Shown here: positions 10,245 to 23,640 of the stretch, one piece after another
Layout: every line of letters begins with the position of its first letter
How positions within the stretch are numbered: position 1 is the first letter of the stretch
DNA from: an uncultured beta proteobacterium
Lineage (GTDB): Bacteria > Pseudomonadota > Gammaproteobacteria > Burkholderiales > SG8-41
DNA: 64,000 nucleotides
Assembly (NCBI GenBank): GCA_963804885.1
Contig: CAWDSF010000017.1
Location: forward strand, 241-64,240
Direction: 5' to 3'
Made by a program: the position numbers and the translations under genes
The notes under the pieces: model-generated
Seen by the model: only the letters and a program-made list of their open reading frames with translations
Databases searched by the model: none
What the model was told of the DNA's origin: nothing

Positions 10245-11950
10245 ATGTCATTGAATCTCGCCAGACGCATTGCGCCGGCCGACACCGCCGCGGCGCTCAC
10301 CGCAGCCGGCTTTCATCCATTGCTTGCGCAGATTTTCGCGGCGCGCGGCATCACTTCGGCCCAGCAACTGGCCGCGGACGCGAGCGCGCTGTTCCCGCTC
10401 GCGCAGCTGCGCAACGTCGAGCGCATGGCCAGCCTGCTCGCCGATGCGATTGCGGCGCAAACAGAAACTGTTGATCGTCGCCGATTACGATTCCGACGGC
10501 GCGACGGCGTGCGCGGTCGGCATCCGTGCGCTGCGCGAATTCGGCGCGATCGTCGATTACCTGGTGCCGAACCGCTTCGAATACGGCTACGGGCTCACGC
10601 CCGAAATCGTCGCGCTCGCGAAAAAGCTCAAGGATCCGGCCATCCTGATCACGGTCGACAACGGCATCGCGAGCGTCGACGGCGTCGCCGCCGCGAACGC
10701 GCTCGGCATGCGCGTGCTCATTACCGATCATCACTTGCCGGGCGCCGCGCTCCCGGATGCCTGGTGCATCATCAACCCGAATCAACCGGGCTGCGGCTTC
10801 CCGAGCAAGAACCTGGCCGGCGTCGGCGTGATGTTCTACCTGATGCTGGCGCTGCGGGTCGAGTTGCGCAAACGCGGCGCGTTCGGCGACGGCACGCGGC
10901 CGACCAATCTTGGCGCGCTGCTCGATCTCGTCGCGCTCGGCACCGTCGCCGACGTCGTGAAGCTCGACGACAACAATCGCATTCTCGTGCAGCAGGGTTT
11001 GCAGCGGATACGCAGCGGCAAGACCTGGCCCGGCATCGCCGCGTTGCTGCGCATGGCGGGTCGCGACGCGGCGCGCGCATCGACGTACGATCTCGGCTTC
11101 GTGCGTCGGCCCGCGCCTGAATGCCGCCGGCCGGCTCGACGACATGTCGGTCGGCATCGAATGCCTGATCACGAACGATCATGGAACGGCCGAGCGCATC
11201 GCACGCCAGCTCGACGCACTCAACCGGGAGCGGCGCGCGATCGAGTCCGACATGCACGAACACGCGCTGGCCAGCCTGGCCGCGATCACGCCGGAGGACG
11301 GCTACAGCCTGTGCATGTTCGAGCCCGGCTGGCACCAGGGCGTGATCGGCATCGTCGCTTCGCGCCTGAAGGAACGCTTCCACCGGCCCGTCATCGCGTT
11401 TGCGCGCGGCAATGACGGCGAAATCAAGGGCTCGGGCCGCTCGATCGGCGCGCTGCACCTGCGCGACGCGCTCGATCTCGTCGCCAAGCGCGAGCCCGAT
11501 CTTGATTCTGCGCTTTGGCGGCCACGCCGCGGCAGCCGGGCTCACGCTGCGCGAAACCGAGTTCGCGCGTTTCCGCGCGGCGTTCGAAAGCGTCGGCCAG
11601 GTCATTGCTCTCCGCGGCCGACCTCGAGCGCGTGATCGAAACCGACGGCGCGCTGCCGCTCGAGCACTGCACGCTCGAAGCCGCGCGCGTGCTCGAGCAC
11701 CAGGTCTGGGGCCAGGGATTCGCCGCGCCGACGTTCGACGATGAGTTCACGGTCGCGCGCCAGCGCGTCGTCGGCGAACACCATTTGAAGCTGCGCCTCA
11801 TGAAAGACAATCGCGAGGTCGAAGCGATGCTGTTCGCGCACGCCGACGCCGCTGCCCGACCGCATACATGCCGTTTACCGCCTCGCGGTGAACGAATGGA
11901 ACGGCGCGCAAACGCTGCAACTCACGATCGAGCACTGGCAAAGCGCGTGA
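10245..11950 (+). CDS. recJ: Single-stranded-DNA-specific exonuclease RecJ (several frameshifts)
   Basis: IVADYDSDGATA, PNRFEYGYGL, ITVDNG, TDHH, GWHQGVIGIVASRLKE, GSGRS, FGGHAAAAG across frames. Confidence 0.95.
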
Positions 11951-12045
11951 GCAGCGCCGGATAATGCGGCGAAATGCGCGGATTTCGCGGCACAGCGTCC
12001 TGTATAATCGCGCTTTTTTCGCCGGACACCGCCGCAGAAATCGCC

Positions 12046-13153
12046 ATGGAAGCAGAACAACTAAACGCCATCGCCCGGCGGCTCTCGGACCTGTCCCAGC
12101 GCAACGCCGAGCTGCGGAGGTATCTTTGACTTCGAAGCCAAGCAGCAGCGCCTCGCCGAAGTCGTCAAAGCTAGCGGAAGATCCGGCCGTCTGGAGCGAC
12201 CCGCAAGCGCGCGCAGGATCTCGGCCGCGAGCGCAAAACGCTCGAATCGCTCGTCACCACCATGGCGAAGCTCGACCAGGACCTGCGCGACACGAGCGAG
12301 CTCTTCACGATGGCGCGCGACGAAAACGACGACGCGACGCTCAGGACCATAGAAGCCGATGCGCTCGCGCTGGAAAAAACCGTCGCCGACCTCGAATTCC
12401 GGCGCATGTTCTCGAATCCGATGGATCCGAACAACTGCTTCGTCGACATCCAGGCCGGCCAGGGCGGCACCGAAGCGCAGGACTGGACGCAGACGCTGGA
12501 GCGCATGTATCTGCGGTATTGCGAGCGCAAAGGATTTCGCGTCGAACTGCTCGAGGAATCGCCGGGCGACGTCGCCGGCATTAAAAGCGCGACGCTCAAG
12601 GTCACCGGCGACTATGCGTTCGGCCATCTGCGCACCGAAACCGGCGTGCACCGGCTCGTGCGCAAATCGCCGTTCGATTCCAACAACCGGCGCCACACGT
12701 CGTTCGCGAGCGTGTTCGTCTATCCCGAAATCGACGACACCATCGAGATCGAGATCAACCCCGCCGATTTGCGCGTCGACACGTTTCGCGCGTCCGGCGC
12801 CGGCGGCCAGCACATCAACAAGACGGATTCCGCGATCCGCATCACGCATGCGCCGTCGCGGCATCGTGGTGCAATGCCAGAGCGACCGCTCGCAGCACCG
12901 CAACCGCGCCGAGGCGATGGCGATGCTGAAGTCCCGCCTCTACGAGCTCGAAATCCGCAAGCGCAACGAAGAAAAACAGGCGCTCGAGGATACCAAGACC
13001 GATATCGGCTGGGGCCACCAGATCCGCTCGTACGTGCTCGACCAGTCGCGGATCAAGGATTTGCGCACCAACGTCGAAATCGGCAATACGCAATCCGTGC
13101 TCGACGGCAATCTCGACGACTTCATCACCGCGAGCCTGAAGCAGGGTATATAG
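12046..13153 (+). CDS. prfB: Peptide chain release factor 2 (programmed +1 frameshift plus probable sequencing indels)
   Basis: MEAEQLNAI...RRYL-stop then DFEAK; [13 protein letters not shown] (SPF), GAGGQH (GGQ), [11 protein letters not shown]. Confidence 0.97.
12116..12130 (+). other. prfB programmed +1 ribosomal frameshift site
   Basis: GGAGG TAT CTT TGA C: internal SD-like element followed by CTT-TGA-C at codons 27-28. Confidence 0.95.
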
Positions 13154-13162
13154 GACCTACGC

Positions 13163-14689
<1,527 letters not shown>

Positions 14690-14708
14690 GTCTCCGCACG
14701 GCCGCCTC

Positions 14709-16676
14709 ATGAGCACCCCGGTCTGGCAACCTTCCGCGGCAGCGATCGCCGCCTGCAACATGACAGCGCTTCATGCGCGCGGCCGCAGCGCGAATATGCG
14801 GTAAGCCTCCCCGATTACGCGGCGCTGCATGCATGGTCGGTGACCGAGCCGGAGCAATTCAACCGGCTGCTGTGGGACTTCTGCGGCGTGGTCGCCGAGC
14901 GCCAAGGGGACGTCGCGCTCGAGCATGCGGACCGCATGCCCGGCGCGCGCTGGTTCCCGCAGGCGCGCCTGAATTTCGCCGAAAACCTGCTGCAACGGCG
15001 CGACGCCGAAACCGCTATCGTGTTCTGGGGCGAGGACCGCGTAAAAAGCAGCGTGACTTACGCCGAGCTGTACCACGAAGTGTCGCGGCTCGCGCAGGCA
15101 CTGCGCGCGTGCGGCATCAAGCCGGGCGACCGCGTCGCCGCGTACATGCCCAATCTTCCCGGCACCATCATCGCGATGCTCGCTGCGACCAGCATCGGCG
15201 CGATCTGGTCGTCGTGCTCGCCGGATTTCGGCGTGCAGGGCGTGCTCGACCGCTTCAGCCAGATCGAGCCGCGCATCCTCTTTTCCGCCGACGGCTACTT
15301 CTACAACGGCAAGACGATAGACGTGCTGCCGCGTCTCGCGGAAATCGCCGCGGCGCTGCCGTCGGTCGAAAAAGTGATCGTCGTGCCCTACACGCAGCGC
15401 TCGCCCGCGATCGGCCCGGTGCCGCGCGCAGTCGACGTCCACGCGTTCATGGCGCCCTATCGCGCGCGCACCATCGAGTTCGCGCAGCTACCGTTCAACC
15501 ATCCGCTCTACATCATGTTTTCGTCCGGCACCACGGGCGTGCCCAAGTGCATCGTCCACGGCGCGGGCGGCACGCTGCTGCAGCATTTCAAAGAGCAGGC
15601 GATGCACGCCGACCTCAAACGCGGCGACCGCCTGTTCTATTTCACGACGTGCGGCTGGATGATGTGGAACTGGCTCGTCACCGGGCTCGCGTCCGGCGCG
15701 ACGCTGCTGCTCTACGACGGCTCGCCGTTCGTCGGCAACGGCAACATTCTGTTCGATTTCGCGGACGCCAGCGGCATGACGGTGTTCGGCACCTCGGCCA
15801 AATTCATCGATGCAATCGCCAAGGCCGGCTTGCGGCCCGCGCAAACGCACAAGCTCGACACCGTTCGCCTCGTGATCTCGACCGGTTCGCCGCTCGTGGC
15901 CGAAGGCTACGACTACGTCTACGCGCACATCAAGCGCGACGTGATGCTCGCCTCGATGTCCGGCGGCACCGACATCATGGGGACTTTCGTGTCCGGCTGC
16001 CCGCTGTTGCCCGTGTGGCGCGGCGAAATCCAGTGCGCGACGCTCGGCATGCAGGTCGAGGTGTTCGACGATGAAGGCCGAGCAGCTGCGCGGCGCGAAA
16101 GGCGAGCTCGTGTGCACCGCGCCGTTTCCGTCGATGCCGGTCGGTTTCTGGAACGATCCCGGGGACGCGAAATACCACGCCGCTTACTTCGAGAAATATC
16201 CGAACGTATGGTGCCACGGCGATTACGTCGAAATCACCGAGCACGGCGGCATGATCATTTACGGCCGCTCGGACGCGGTGCTGAACCCTGGCGGCGTGCG
16301 CATCGGCACCGCCGAAATCTACCGCCAGGTCGAGCAGCTCGACGAAGTCGTCGAAAGCTTAGTGATCGGACAGGATTGGCCGCTACAGAATCCGACCGAC
16401 GTGCGCGTTGTGCTTTTCGTGCGCCTGCGCGACGGGCTCAAGCTCGACGAAGCGCTGATCGAGCGCATCAAGCAGCATATCCGCGCCAACACCACGCCGC
16501 GCCACGTGCCGGCAAGGGTCGTGCAGGTCGCGGATATCCCGCGCACCAAGAGCGGCAAAATCGTCGAGCTCGCCGTGCGGCACGTCGTGCATCACCGGCC
16601 GGTGAAAAATGTGGAGGCGCTCGCCAATCCCGAGGCGCTGGAGCTGTTTCGCGATCGCGTCGAGCTCACGACCTGA
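14709..16676 (+). CDS. Acetoacetate--CoA ligase (frameshifted)
   Basis: [77 protein letters not shown]. Confidence 0.92.
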
Positions 16677-16754
16677 TGTTGTGAATTAGTGCGCACCGGC
16701 GCAGCGGCGGCACGGATTATAATATTCGCGCATCATGATCCAGGGAGGAGCGCG

Positions 16755-17288
16755 ATGAAACGCCAGCAACAATTCCTGCGGGGTGCGGCGCTTGCGGGCG
16801 CCTTGTCTTGTGCGGCATTCGCCCAGGATTACCGCTATCCAGGCGCCGACGATGCGGCACGCCAGACGGCGCCGCAACCGGTGCAGGTCCAGCCAGCGCC
16901 CGTCCAGCAGCAGGTGCCGCCCGCCACCGTTGCGCCGGCCCCACCCCCACCCCAATGTGCGACCTGCGGGACCGTGGACTCGATACGCATTACGGAAAAA
17001 GCCGGCGAAGGCAGCGCGGTCGGATTGATCGCCGGCGGTCTCCTGGGCGGGCTGGTCGGCCATCAAATCGGCCAAGGCCGCGGCAACACGGCCGCGACCA
17101 TCGTGGGCGCCGCCGGGGGCGCCTATGCCGGCCACCAAGTCGAGAAAAACGCCAAGCGGACGCTGCATTACGACGTGACCGTGCGCATGGATGACGGCAC
17201 GCTGCGCACGATCGGCTACGACGTCGAACCGGGCTTTCGCAGCGGCGACAAAGTACGTTTCATCGACGGCCGTTTGACCCGCATCTAA
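16755..17288 (+). CDS. Glycine zipper 2TM domain outer-membrane/exported protein
   Basis: RBS GGAGG; signal peptide, Pro/Gln linker, CATCGTV, GGLLGGLVGHQIGQGRGNTAATIVGAAGGAYAGHQVEK. Confidence 0.85.
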   Translation: MKRQQQFLRGAALAGALSCAAFAQDYRYPGADDAARQTAPQPVQVQPAPVQQQVPPATVAPAPPPPQCATCGTVDSIRITEKAGEGSAVGLIAGGLLGGLVGHQIGQGRGNTAATIVGAAGGAYAGHQVEKNAKRTLHYDVTVRMDDGTLRTIGYDVEPGFRSGDKVRFIDGRLTRI

Positions 17289-17335
17289 GCCGGGCCGGCG
17301 CCGCCAACCGCCCGCGCCGCCGGGGCGAAATCAGA

Positions 17336-18154
17336 TCAGTTGATGTTCCAGATCTGCCACCAGGAAGTGCCCTTCGAGACCCCCTTGCCGGACAAGTACT
17401 TGCTGTCCGGGAAATTGGTCTTCATGACGCGCTCGGCGTCATTGCGCAGATCGGTCATGCCGAGCTTGTCGTAGGCCTGCACGAGGATCAGCAGGCCCTC
17501 CTCGTTCGCGGGCGCATTCGGGTAGGTTTTCAGCGCATATTGCACGCGGTTCGCCGCGGCGACGTAGGCGCCGCGTTTCATGTAGTACTTGGCCACGTGG
17601 ACTTCGTGCGCCGCGAGCGAATTGACGAGGTAGCTCATGCGATCGATCGAATCCTGCGCATATTTGCTATTCGGAAAGCGCTGGACCAGGTCGCGGAACG
17701 CATCGAACGACTCGCGCGACGATTTCGGATCGCGCTCCGTCATGTCCTGGCCGGAAAATTTGCTCACCAAACTGCCGAGTATGCCCAAGTCCTCGTTGAA
17801 GTTGGCGAGCCCCTTCAGGTAGTACGCGTAGTCGACGCTCGGATGATTCGGATGCAGCTTGATGAACCGGTCGGCGGCGGCGAGCGCCGAGGCGACGTCT
17901 TTGTCCCGGTAGTACGCATACGCGATCTCGAGCTGCGCCTGCTGCGCGTAGCGCCCGTACGGGTAGCGCGCCTCGAGCTTCTCATAAAGCTTGATGGCTT
18001 TTTCGTAGTTGCCTTCGTTCAGATTGGACTTGGCTTCCGAGTACAGCTTGTTCGCCGACCAGCCCCTGGTTTCGTCGTCATTCTGCGCCGGCAGCAACCC
18101 GCAACCTGCCAGGCACAGCGCGAGAATTAACGCTAAACTTGAACGCATAACCAT
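17336..18154 (-). CDS. bamD: Outer membrane protein assembly factor BamD
   Basis: Lipobox LAGC; YPYGRYAQQAQL, HPNHPSVDYAYYLKGL, GAYVAAANR; divergent from rluD. Confidence 0.95.
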   Translation of the reverse strand: MVMRSSLALILALCLAGCGLLPAQNDDETRGWSANKLYSEAKSNLNEGNYEKAIKLYEKLEARYPYGRYAQQAQLEIAYAYYRDKDVASALAAADRFIKLHPNHPSVDYAYYLKGLANFNEDLGILGSLVSKFSGQDMTERDPKSSRESFDAFRDLVQRFPNSKYAQDSIDRMSYLVNSLAAHEVHVAKYYMKRGAYVAAANRVQYALKTYPNAPANEEGLLILVQAYDKLGMTDLRNDAERVMKTNFPDSKYLSGKGVSKGTSWWQIWNIN

Positions 18155-19121
18155 GATCCTTGCGCGGAAATCGACAAATTATAGCGCATCCCCAACCGTC
18201 GATCTCGTGCGGCTGGTGCTGCCCGTGACGTGCGCCGGCCAGCGTTTAGACCAGGCATTGTCGACTTTGTTGCCGCAATTTTCGCGCAGCCGGCTGGCCC
18301 AATGGATACGTGACCGGCACGTCGAGCTCGACGGCAAGGCCGCGCTGCCCAAGACCAAAGTATGGGGCGGCGAACAGGTGTCGGTGCAGCCGGTCGCCGA
18401 TCCGGCAGCCAGCGCCGCAACCGCCGAAGCAATCGCGCTCGACGTGGTGCACGAAGACGCGGCCGTGCTCGTGATCAACAAACCGGCCGGGCTCGTCGTC
18501 CATCCCGGCCGCGGCAACTGGAGCGGCACGCTGCTCAACGCGCTGCTCGCCCATGCGCCGCAACTCGCGACCTTGCCGCGGGCGGGGATCGTGCACCGGC
18601 TCGACAAGGAAACAAGCGGCTTGCTGGTCGTTGCCAAGTCGCTCGAGGCCCAGACCAGTCTCGTGCGCCAGCTGCAGGCGCGCACGGTCAGGCGCGAGTA
18701 CCTCACCATGGTCCACGGCCGGGTCGCACGCGGCGGCAAGGTCGAAGCGCCGATCGGCCGCCATCCGAAACAGCGCACGCGCATGGCGGTGGCGGCGCGC
18801 GGCCGCCCTTCCGTCACCCATTACGAAGTGCTGCGCCATTTCGTGCATGCGACGTTATTGCGCTGCAAACTCGAGACCGGGCGCACGCACCAGATCCGCG
18901 TGCATATGCAGTCGCTCGGCCATCCGCTGGTCGGCGATCCCGTGTACGGTAAAAAACGCACCGCCGATCCGCTGCTCGGCGCCTTCCTGCGCCAGGCATT
19001 GCATGCCGAGCGCCTCGCATTCATTCATCCGGTGAGCCTCACGGCCGTCGAGTGGCAGGCTCCGCCGCCCGCCGACATGCGCGCGCTGATCGCGGCGCTC
19101 GAAGCGCAGGTGTCCGCATGA
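18153..19121 (+). CDS. rluD: 23S rRNA pseudouridine synthase RluD
   Basis: S4 domain (RLDQAL), INKPAGLVVHP, GIVHRLDKETSG, LETGRTHQIRVH, GDPVYG. Confidence 0.96.
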   Translation: MILARKSTNYSASPTVDLVRLVLPVTCAGQRLDQALSTLLPQFSRSRLAQWIRDRHVELDGKAALPKTKVWGGEQVSVQPVADPAASAATAEAIALDVVHEDAAVLVINKPAGLVVHPGRGNWSGTLLNALLAHAPQLATLPRAGIVHRLDKETSGLLVVAKSLEAQTSLVRQLQARTVRREYLTMVHGRVARGGKVEAPIGRHPKQRTRMAVAARGRPSVTHYEVLRHFVHATLLRCKLETGRTHQIRVHMQSLGHPLVGDPVYGKKRTADPLLGAFLRQALHAERLAFIHPVSLTAVEWQAPPPADMRALIAALEAQVSA

Positions 19122-19858
19122 GCGCCGCGGCCGACTGGATAGTGCCGGACTGGCCGGCGCCCGCGCGCGTGCGCAGCCTGATTACGACGCGCCGGGGTGG
19201 CGTCAGCACCGGCGCGCATGCGAGCTTTAACTTAGGCTTGCGCGCCGACGATGATCCGCGCGCGGTGGCGGCGAATCGCGCCGCGTTGCGCGAGCACCTG
19301 CCGCAGGATCCCGTCTGGCTAAAGCAAGTGCATGGTGCAAGCGCCGTGCGCGCCGATGCAGTCACCGACTCGCCCGAGGCCGACGCTGCTTACACGCGCC
19401 GCGCTGAAACGGTGTGCGCGGTCATGGTCGCCGACTGCATGCCGGTGCTGTTGTGCGATACGCAGGCGAGCGTCGTGGCGATTGCGCATGCCGGCTGGCG
19501 CGGCTTGAGCGCGGGCGTGATCGAGAACACGATTGCGGCGATGGGTGTCAAGGCGAACGACCTGCTCGCATTTCTCGGCCCGGCGATCGGGCCGGCCGCT
19601 TTCGAAGTCGGCGCGGACGTGCGCGATGCGTTTCTTGCCGCCGACGCTGCTGCCGCGGCCGCATTCACGCCGCACCGCGAAGGAAAATGGCTGGCGGACC
19701 TGTTTCTGCTCGGGGGCCAGCGTCTCGCCCGCGCGGGCGTGCATCGCATCTACGGCGGCGGGCTATGTACCTTCAGCGACCCCGCGCGTTTTTATTCGTA
19801 TCGGCGCGATCGCACGACAGGCCGCATGGCAGCGTTGATCTGGCTGGCTGACGCCTGA
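19118..19858 (+). CDS. pgeF: Peptidoglycan editing factor PgeF (YfiH)
   Basis: WLKQVHG, MVADCMPVL, HAGWRGL, GPAIGP, FYSYRRD; ATGA overlap with rluD. Confidence 0.95.
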   Translation: MSAAADWIVPDWPAPARVRSLITTRRGGVSTGAHASFNLGLRADDDPRAVAANRAALREHLPQDPVWLKQVHGASAVRADAVTDSPEADAAYTRRAETVCAVMVADCMPVLLCDTQASVVAIAHAGWRGLSAGVIENTIAAMGVKANDLLAFLGPAIGPAAFEVGADVRDAFLAADAAAAAAFTPHREGKWLADLFLLGGQRLARAGVHRIYGGGLCTFSDPARFYSYRRDRTTGRMAALIWLADA

Positions 19859-19928
19859 CAAATAGCGGCAGTCCGCGGCGCGTCGTTTATAATTCGCGCC
19901 TTTCGTGTCAGTGTCATTTCGCGCCGCC

Positions 19929-20696
19929 ATGTCCGTTCTTGCCTGGATCATCGCCACCAGTTTTGCCGGCGGCCTGTTGAGCGTCGCGGCGGCCGCGGCG
20001 TTCGCATTGAACGCGCGCGTCACGCATGTGCCCGTGCTGATCAGCTACGCAGTTGGCGCGCTGCTCGGCGCGGTCTTTCTCGACATTCTGCCGCATGCGT
20101 TCGCGCTGTCGGGCTCGCCGCAGCAGACCGCCGCGACCATCCTCGCCGGCATCCTGCTCTTTTTCGTGCTCGAAAAGCTGGTGCTGTGGCGGCATTGCCA
20201 TCTGGACCAGTGCGAAGCGCACGATGCGCACCCGGCGCAGCACGATCACGGGCGCAGCGGCATGATGATCATGGTCGGCGACACCTTCCACAACTTCGTC
20301 GACGGCATTCTGATCGCGGCGGCGTTCATCGCCGACGTCAAGCTAGGCCTCGTGACCGCGATTGCGATCGTCGCGCACGAAATACCGCAAGAGGTCGGCG
20401 ACTTCCTCGTTTTATTGCATTCCGGTTACAGCAAACGGGCGGCGCTGCTGTTCAATGCGCTGTCGAGCCTGGCCATGCTGGTCGGCGGCGTGCTCGCGTA
20501 CTACGCGCTGCAAAGCATGCAGGAGTCGATCCCCACGCTGCTCGCGCTGGCGGCCGCGAGCATGCTGTATGTCGCGGTCGCGGATCTCATTCCCGGTTTG
20601 CACAAACGGCCCGAGATCCAGGCGTCGGTGCAGCAGGTCGGCCTCATCTGTGCGGGCATCGCGACGATCTGGGGCGTCGGCGCCGTTCTGCACTGA
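19929..20696 (+). CDS. ZIP family metal transporter
   Basis: His-rich loop HCH..HDAH..HDH; GDTFHNFVDG; HEIPQEVGDF. Confidence 0.92.
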   Translation: MSVLAWIIATSFAGGLLSVAAAAAFALNARVTHVPVLISYAVGALLGAVFLDILPHAFALSGSPQQTAATILAGILLFFVLEKLVLWRHCHLDQCEAHDAHPAQHDHGRSGMMIMVGDTFHNFVDGILIAAAFIADVKLGLVTAIAIVAHEIPQEVGDFLVLLHSGYSKRAALLFNALSSLAMLVGGVLAYYALQSMQESIPTLLALAAASMLYVAVADLIPGLHKRPEIQASVQQVGLICAGIATIWGVGAVLH

Positions 20697-20790
20697 CCTT
20701 CTCGCGTCGCGCTCACATCTCACACGAGCGCTGCTTGACACTGTACCGACCGCCACGCAGAATCGACTTCATCACCGCCCGCGGCTCGAC

Positions 20791-22558
20791 ATGACACAAA
20801 ACGGCAACAGCGCGAACAATCCGCCGCCGGCGTCGCCGCAGGCGCTGTTCGACGGCCTTTCCGCGGCCGGCCGCCAATTCATCGAAAACGTGGTCGGCTC
20901 GCTGTCGCCGGCGCAACGCGCCGACAGCGCGGAAATCATGCGCGCGCTGACCGCCGGCGCACAGGCCGACGACGGACGCTACGCCGAACTGCAGCAACGC
21001 TATTACCGCCAGCACCTGGAATTGTGGATGAACCTCGCGCGCGCCGGCGATGGCGCCGCACCGATTGCACCGATCGCGGTGCCCGACAAGGCCGACCGCC
21101 GGTTCCATGCGCCCGAATGGCAGACGCTGCCCTACTTCGATTATCTGAAGCAGGCCTACCTGATCAATTCGCGCTGGCTTGCCGACATGGTCGAAAACGC
21201 GCAGCTCCCGGAGCCGGCGAAACACAAATTGCGGTTTTTCACGCGCCAGGTGATCGATGCGGCGGCGCCCGCGAATTTTGCGCCGACCAATCCCGAAGTA
21301 ATCAAGTTGGCCGCCGCGACCAACGGTGAAAGTCTCGCGCGCGGCCTCGAGCACTTGAGCGCGGACGCGAAAAAAGGCCGCATATCGATGACGGACGAGT
21401 CCGCCTTCGAGATCGGCCGCAATATTGCGATGACGCCGGGCACCGTCGTCTTTGAAAACGAGCTGATGCAGCTGATCCAGTACGCGCCGGCGACGCCGAA
21501 CGTGTTCGCGCGCCCGCTCGTGATGGTGCCGCCGTGCATCAACAAGTACTACATCCTCGATCTGCAGCCGGAAAACTCCTTCGTGCGCTATACGGTCGCG
21601 CAGGGGCACACGGTGTTCATGGTCTCGTGGCGCAACGTGCCGGCGACGATGGGGCATCTAACGTGGGACCACTACCTCGCGGACGGCGTGATCAAGGCGC
21701 TCGACGTCGCGCGCGACATCTGCGGCGTGGCGCAGGTCAACGTGCTGGGCTTTTGCGTCGGCGGCACGCTGGTCGGCGCGGCGCTCGCGCTGCTCGCGGC
21801 GCAGGGCAATTCAGCCGCGGCGAGCGTGACGCTGCTCACCACCATGCTCGATTTCAGCGACGCCGGCGACCTCGCGGTTTACGTCGATGACGCATACGTG
21901 CGGCAGCGCGAGCTGGATTTTGCGCACGGCGGAGTCTTGCATGGCAAGGAACTCGCGCTCACTTTTTCAAGCCTGCGCGCGAACGACCTCATCTGGAACT
22001 ACGTCGTCAACAATTATCTGAAAGGCGCCGCACCCGCCGCGTTCGATCTCTTGTACTGGAACAGCGACAGCACCAACCTGCCGGGCGCGATGTTCGTTTA
22101 CTACATCCGCAACACGTATCTCGAGAACAACCTGCGCTGTCCCGGCAGGCTCACGATGTGCGGCGAGCGCGATCGACCTGTCGCGCGTCACCGTGCCGGC
22201 CTACATACTCGCGACGCGCGAAGACCATATCGTGCCGTGGAAGACCGCTTACCAGAGCACGCAACTCCTGGGCGGCGACATCCGGTTCGTGCTCGCGGGC
22301 AGCGGCCACATCGCGGGCGTGATCAACCCGCCCGCCAAGAAACGCCGCAATCACTGGACCAATACCGCGGTGCCGAAAGAGGCCGCGGCATGGCTGGACA
22401 GCGCAACCTCGCAGGCGGGCAGCTGGTGGCCGGACTGGATAAACTGGCTCGCCGGACACGCCGGGGCACAAACGCCCGCGCCCGCCGCGGCCGGCAATGC
22501 CAATTACCCGCCGCTGGAACCGGCGCCGGGACGCTATGTGCGGGAGCGGTGCGACTAG
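20791..22558 (+). CDS. phaC: Class I poly(3-hydroxyalkanoate) synthase (frameshift near 22170)
   Basis: PPCINKYYILDL, lipase box GFCVGG, FDLLYWNSD, REDHIVPW, SGHIAGVINPP, GSWWPDW. Confidence 0.96.
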
Positions 22559-22629
22559 ATTCACGCGCAACCCGCGGTTCGTGATAGGCTGGTTTTCTGC
22601 AAGTGGAATTTCATAATCGAGGAGATGTC

Positions 22630-23374
22630 ATGGCTCAAAGAGTAGCAGTCGTCACCGGCGGCATGGGTGGCCTGGGTGAAGCGATCTGCATCAAGCTGTC
22701 CAAAATGGGTTTCACCGTCGTCACCACCTATTCACCCGGCAACAAGAAATCCGCTGAGTGGCTCGCAGAGATGAAAAAGGACGGCCATCGCTTTCATGCG
22801 GTGCCCGCGGACGTCGCCGACTTCGATTCCTGCGCCAAGGCAGTCAAGCAGGTCGAGACGGAAGTCGGCCCGATCGACGTACTCGTCAACAACGCCGGCA
22901 TCACGCGCGACATGACGTTCAAGAAAATGGGCAAGGTCGACTGGGACGCCGTGATGGGCACCAACCTCGACAGCGTGTTCAATATGACCAAAGCCGGTGC
23001 TCGACGACATGGTCGACCGCGGCTGGGGCCGCGTAATCAATGTGTCGTCGGTCAACGGCCAGAAAGGCGCGTTCGGCCAGACCAACTACTCGGCAGCCAA
23101 GGCCGGCATGCACGGCTTCACCAAGGCGCTCGCGCTCGAAGTCGCGAAAAAAGGCGTCACCATCAATACCATTTCGCCCGGCTACATCGGGACCAAAATG
23201 GTCATGGCCATTCCGAAGGAAGTGCTCGATTCCAAGATCATTCCGCAGATCCCGGTGGGCCGGCTCGGCAAGCCCGAGGAAGTCGCGGGCCTGGTCGCTT
23301 ATCTGTGCTCGGATGAGGCGGCATTCGTGACCGGCGCCAATATAGCGATCAACGGCGGCCAGCACATGCAATAG
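22630..23374 (+). CDS. phaB: Acetoacetyl-CoA reductase (frameshift near 22995)
   Basis: VTGGMGGLG, NNAGITRD, SSVNGQKGAFGQTNYSAAK, SPGYIGT. Confidence 0.96.
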
Positions 23375-23384
23375 AGGGTTAGCT

Positions 23385-23626
23385 GCGAAACTGCGCACCG
23401 CACGCCCGGCGCGGGAGCCGCGCTATAATGAAACGATGCAGCATGGCGATATTGACGCAGCGCACACGGCGCCCGGGTTGTTCATATCGCCGCGCTGCGA
23501 CAATGCGGCGGCTTTAAGCCGGCCGCGCCCAAAGACGCCACGCGCGGGGCGAATTGCTGCACGACATTCGATAAAAGCCGACGCGTTGGATACGATACTG
23601 GATATGATGCCGATACCGCAGTGCAC
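23385..23626 (+). promoter_or_regulatory. Probable PhaR operator region (clustered TGC/GCA half-sites) upstream of phaR
   Basis: Repeated TGCGCACCGCA, ATGCAGCAT, GCAGCGCA, GCTGCGACA, GCTGCACGACA, GCAGTGCA. PhaR is known to autoregulate through TGC-rich sites. Confidence 0.5.
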
Positions 23627-23640
23627 ACCGGGGGCCGGAC

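Noticed and set aside
23588-23617. Degenerate GATAC/GATAT tandem repeats upstream of phaR
   Set aside because: Short and irregular, and within a region already explained as the phaR promoter/operator.
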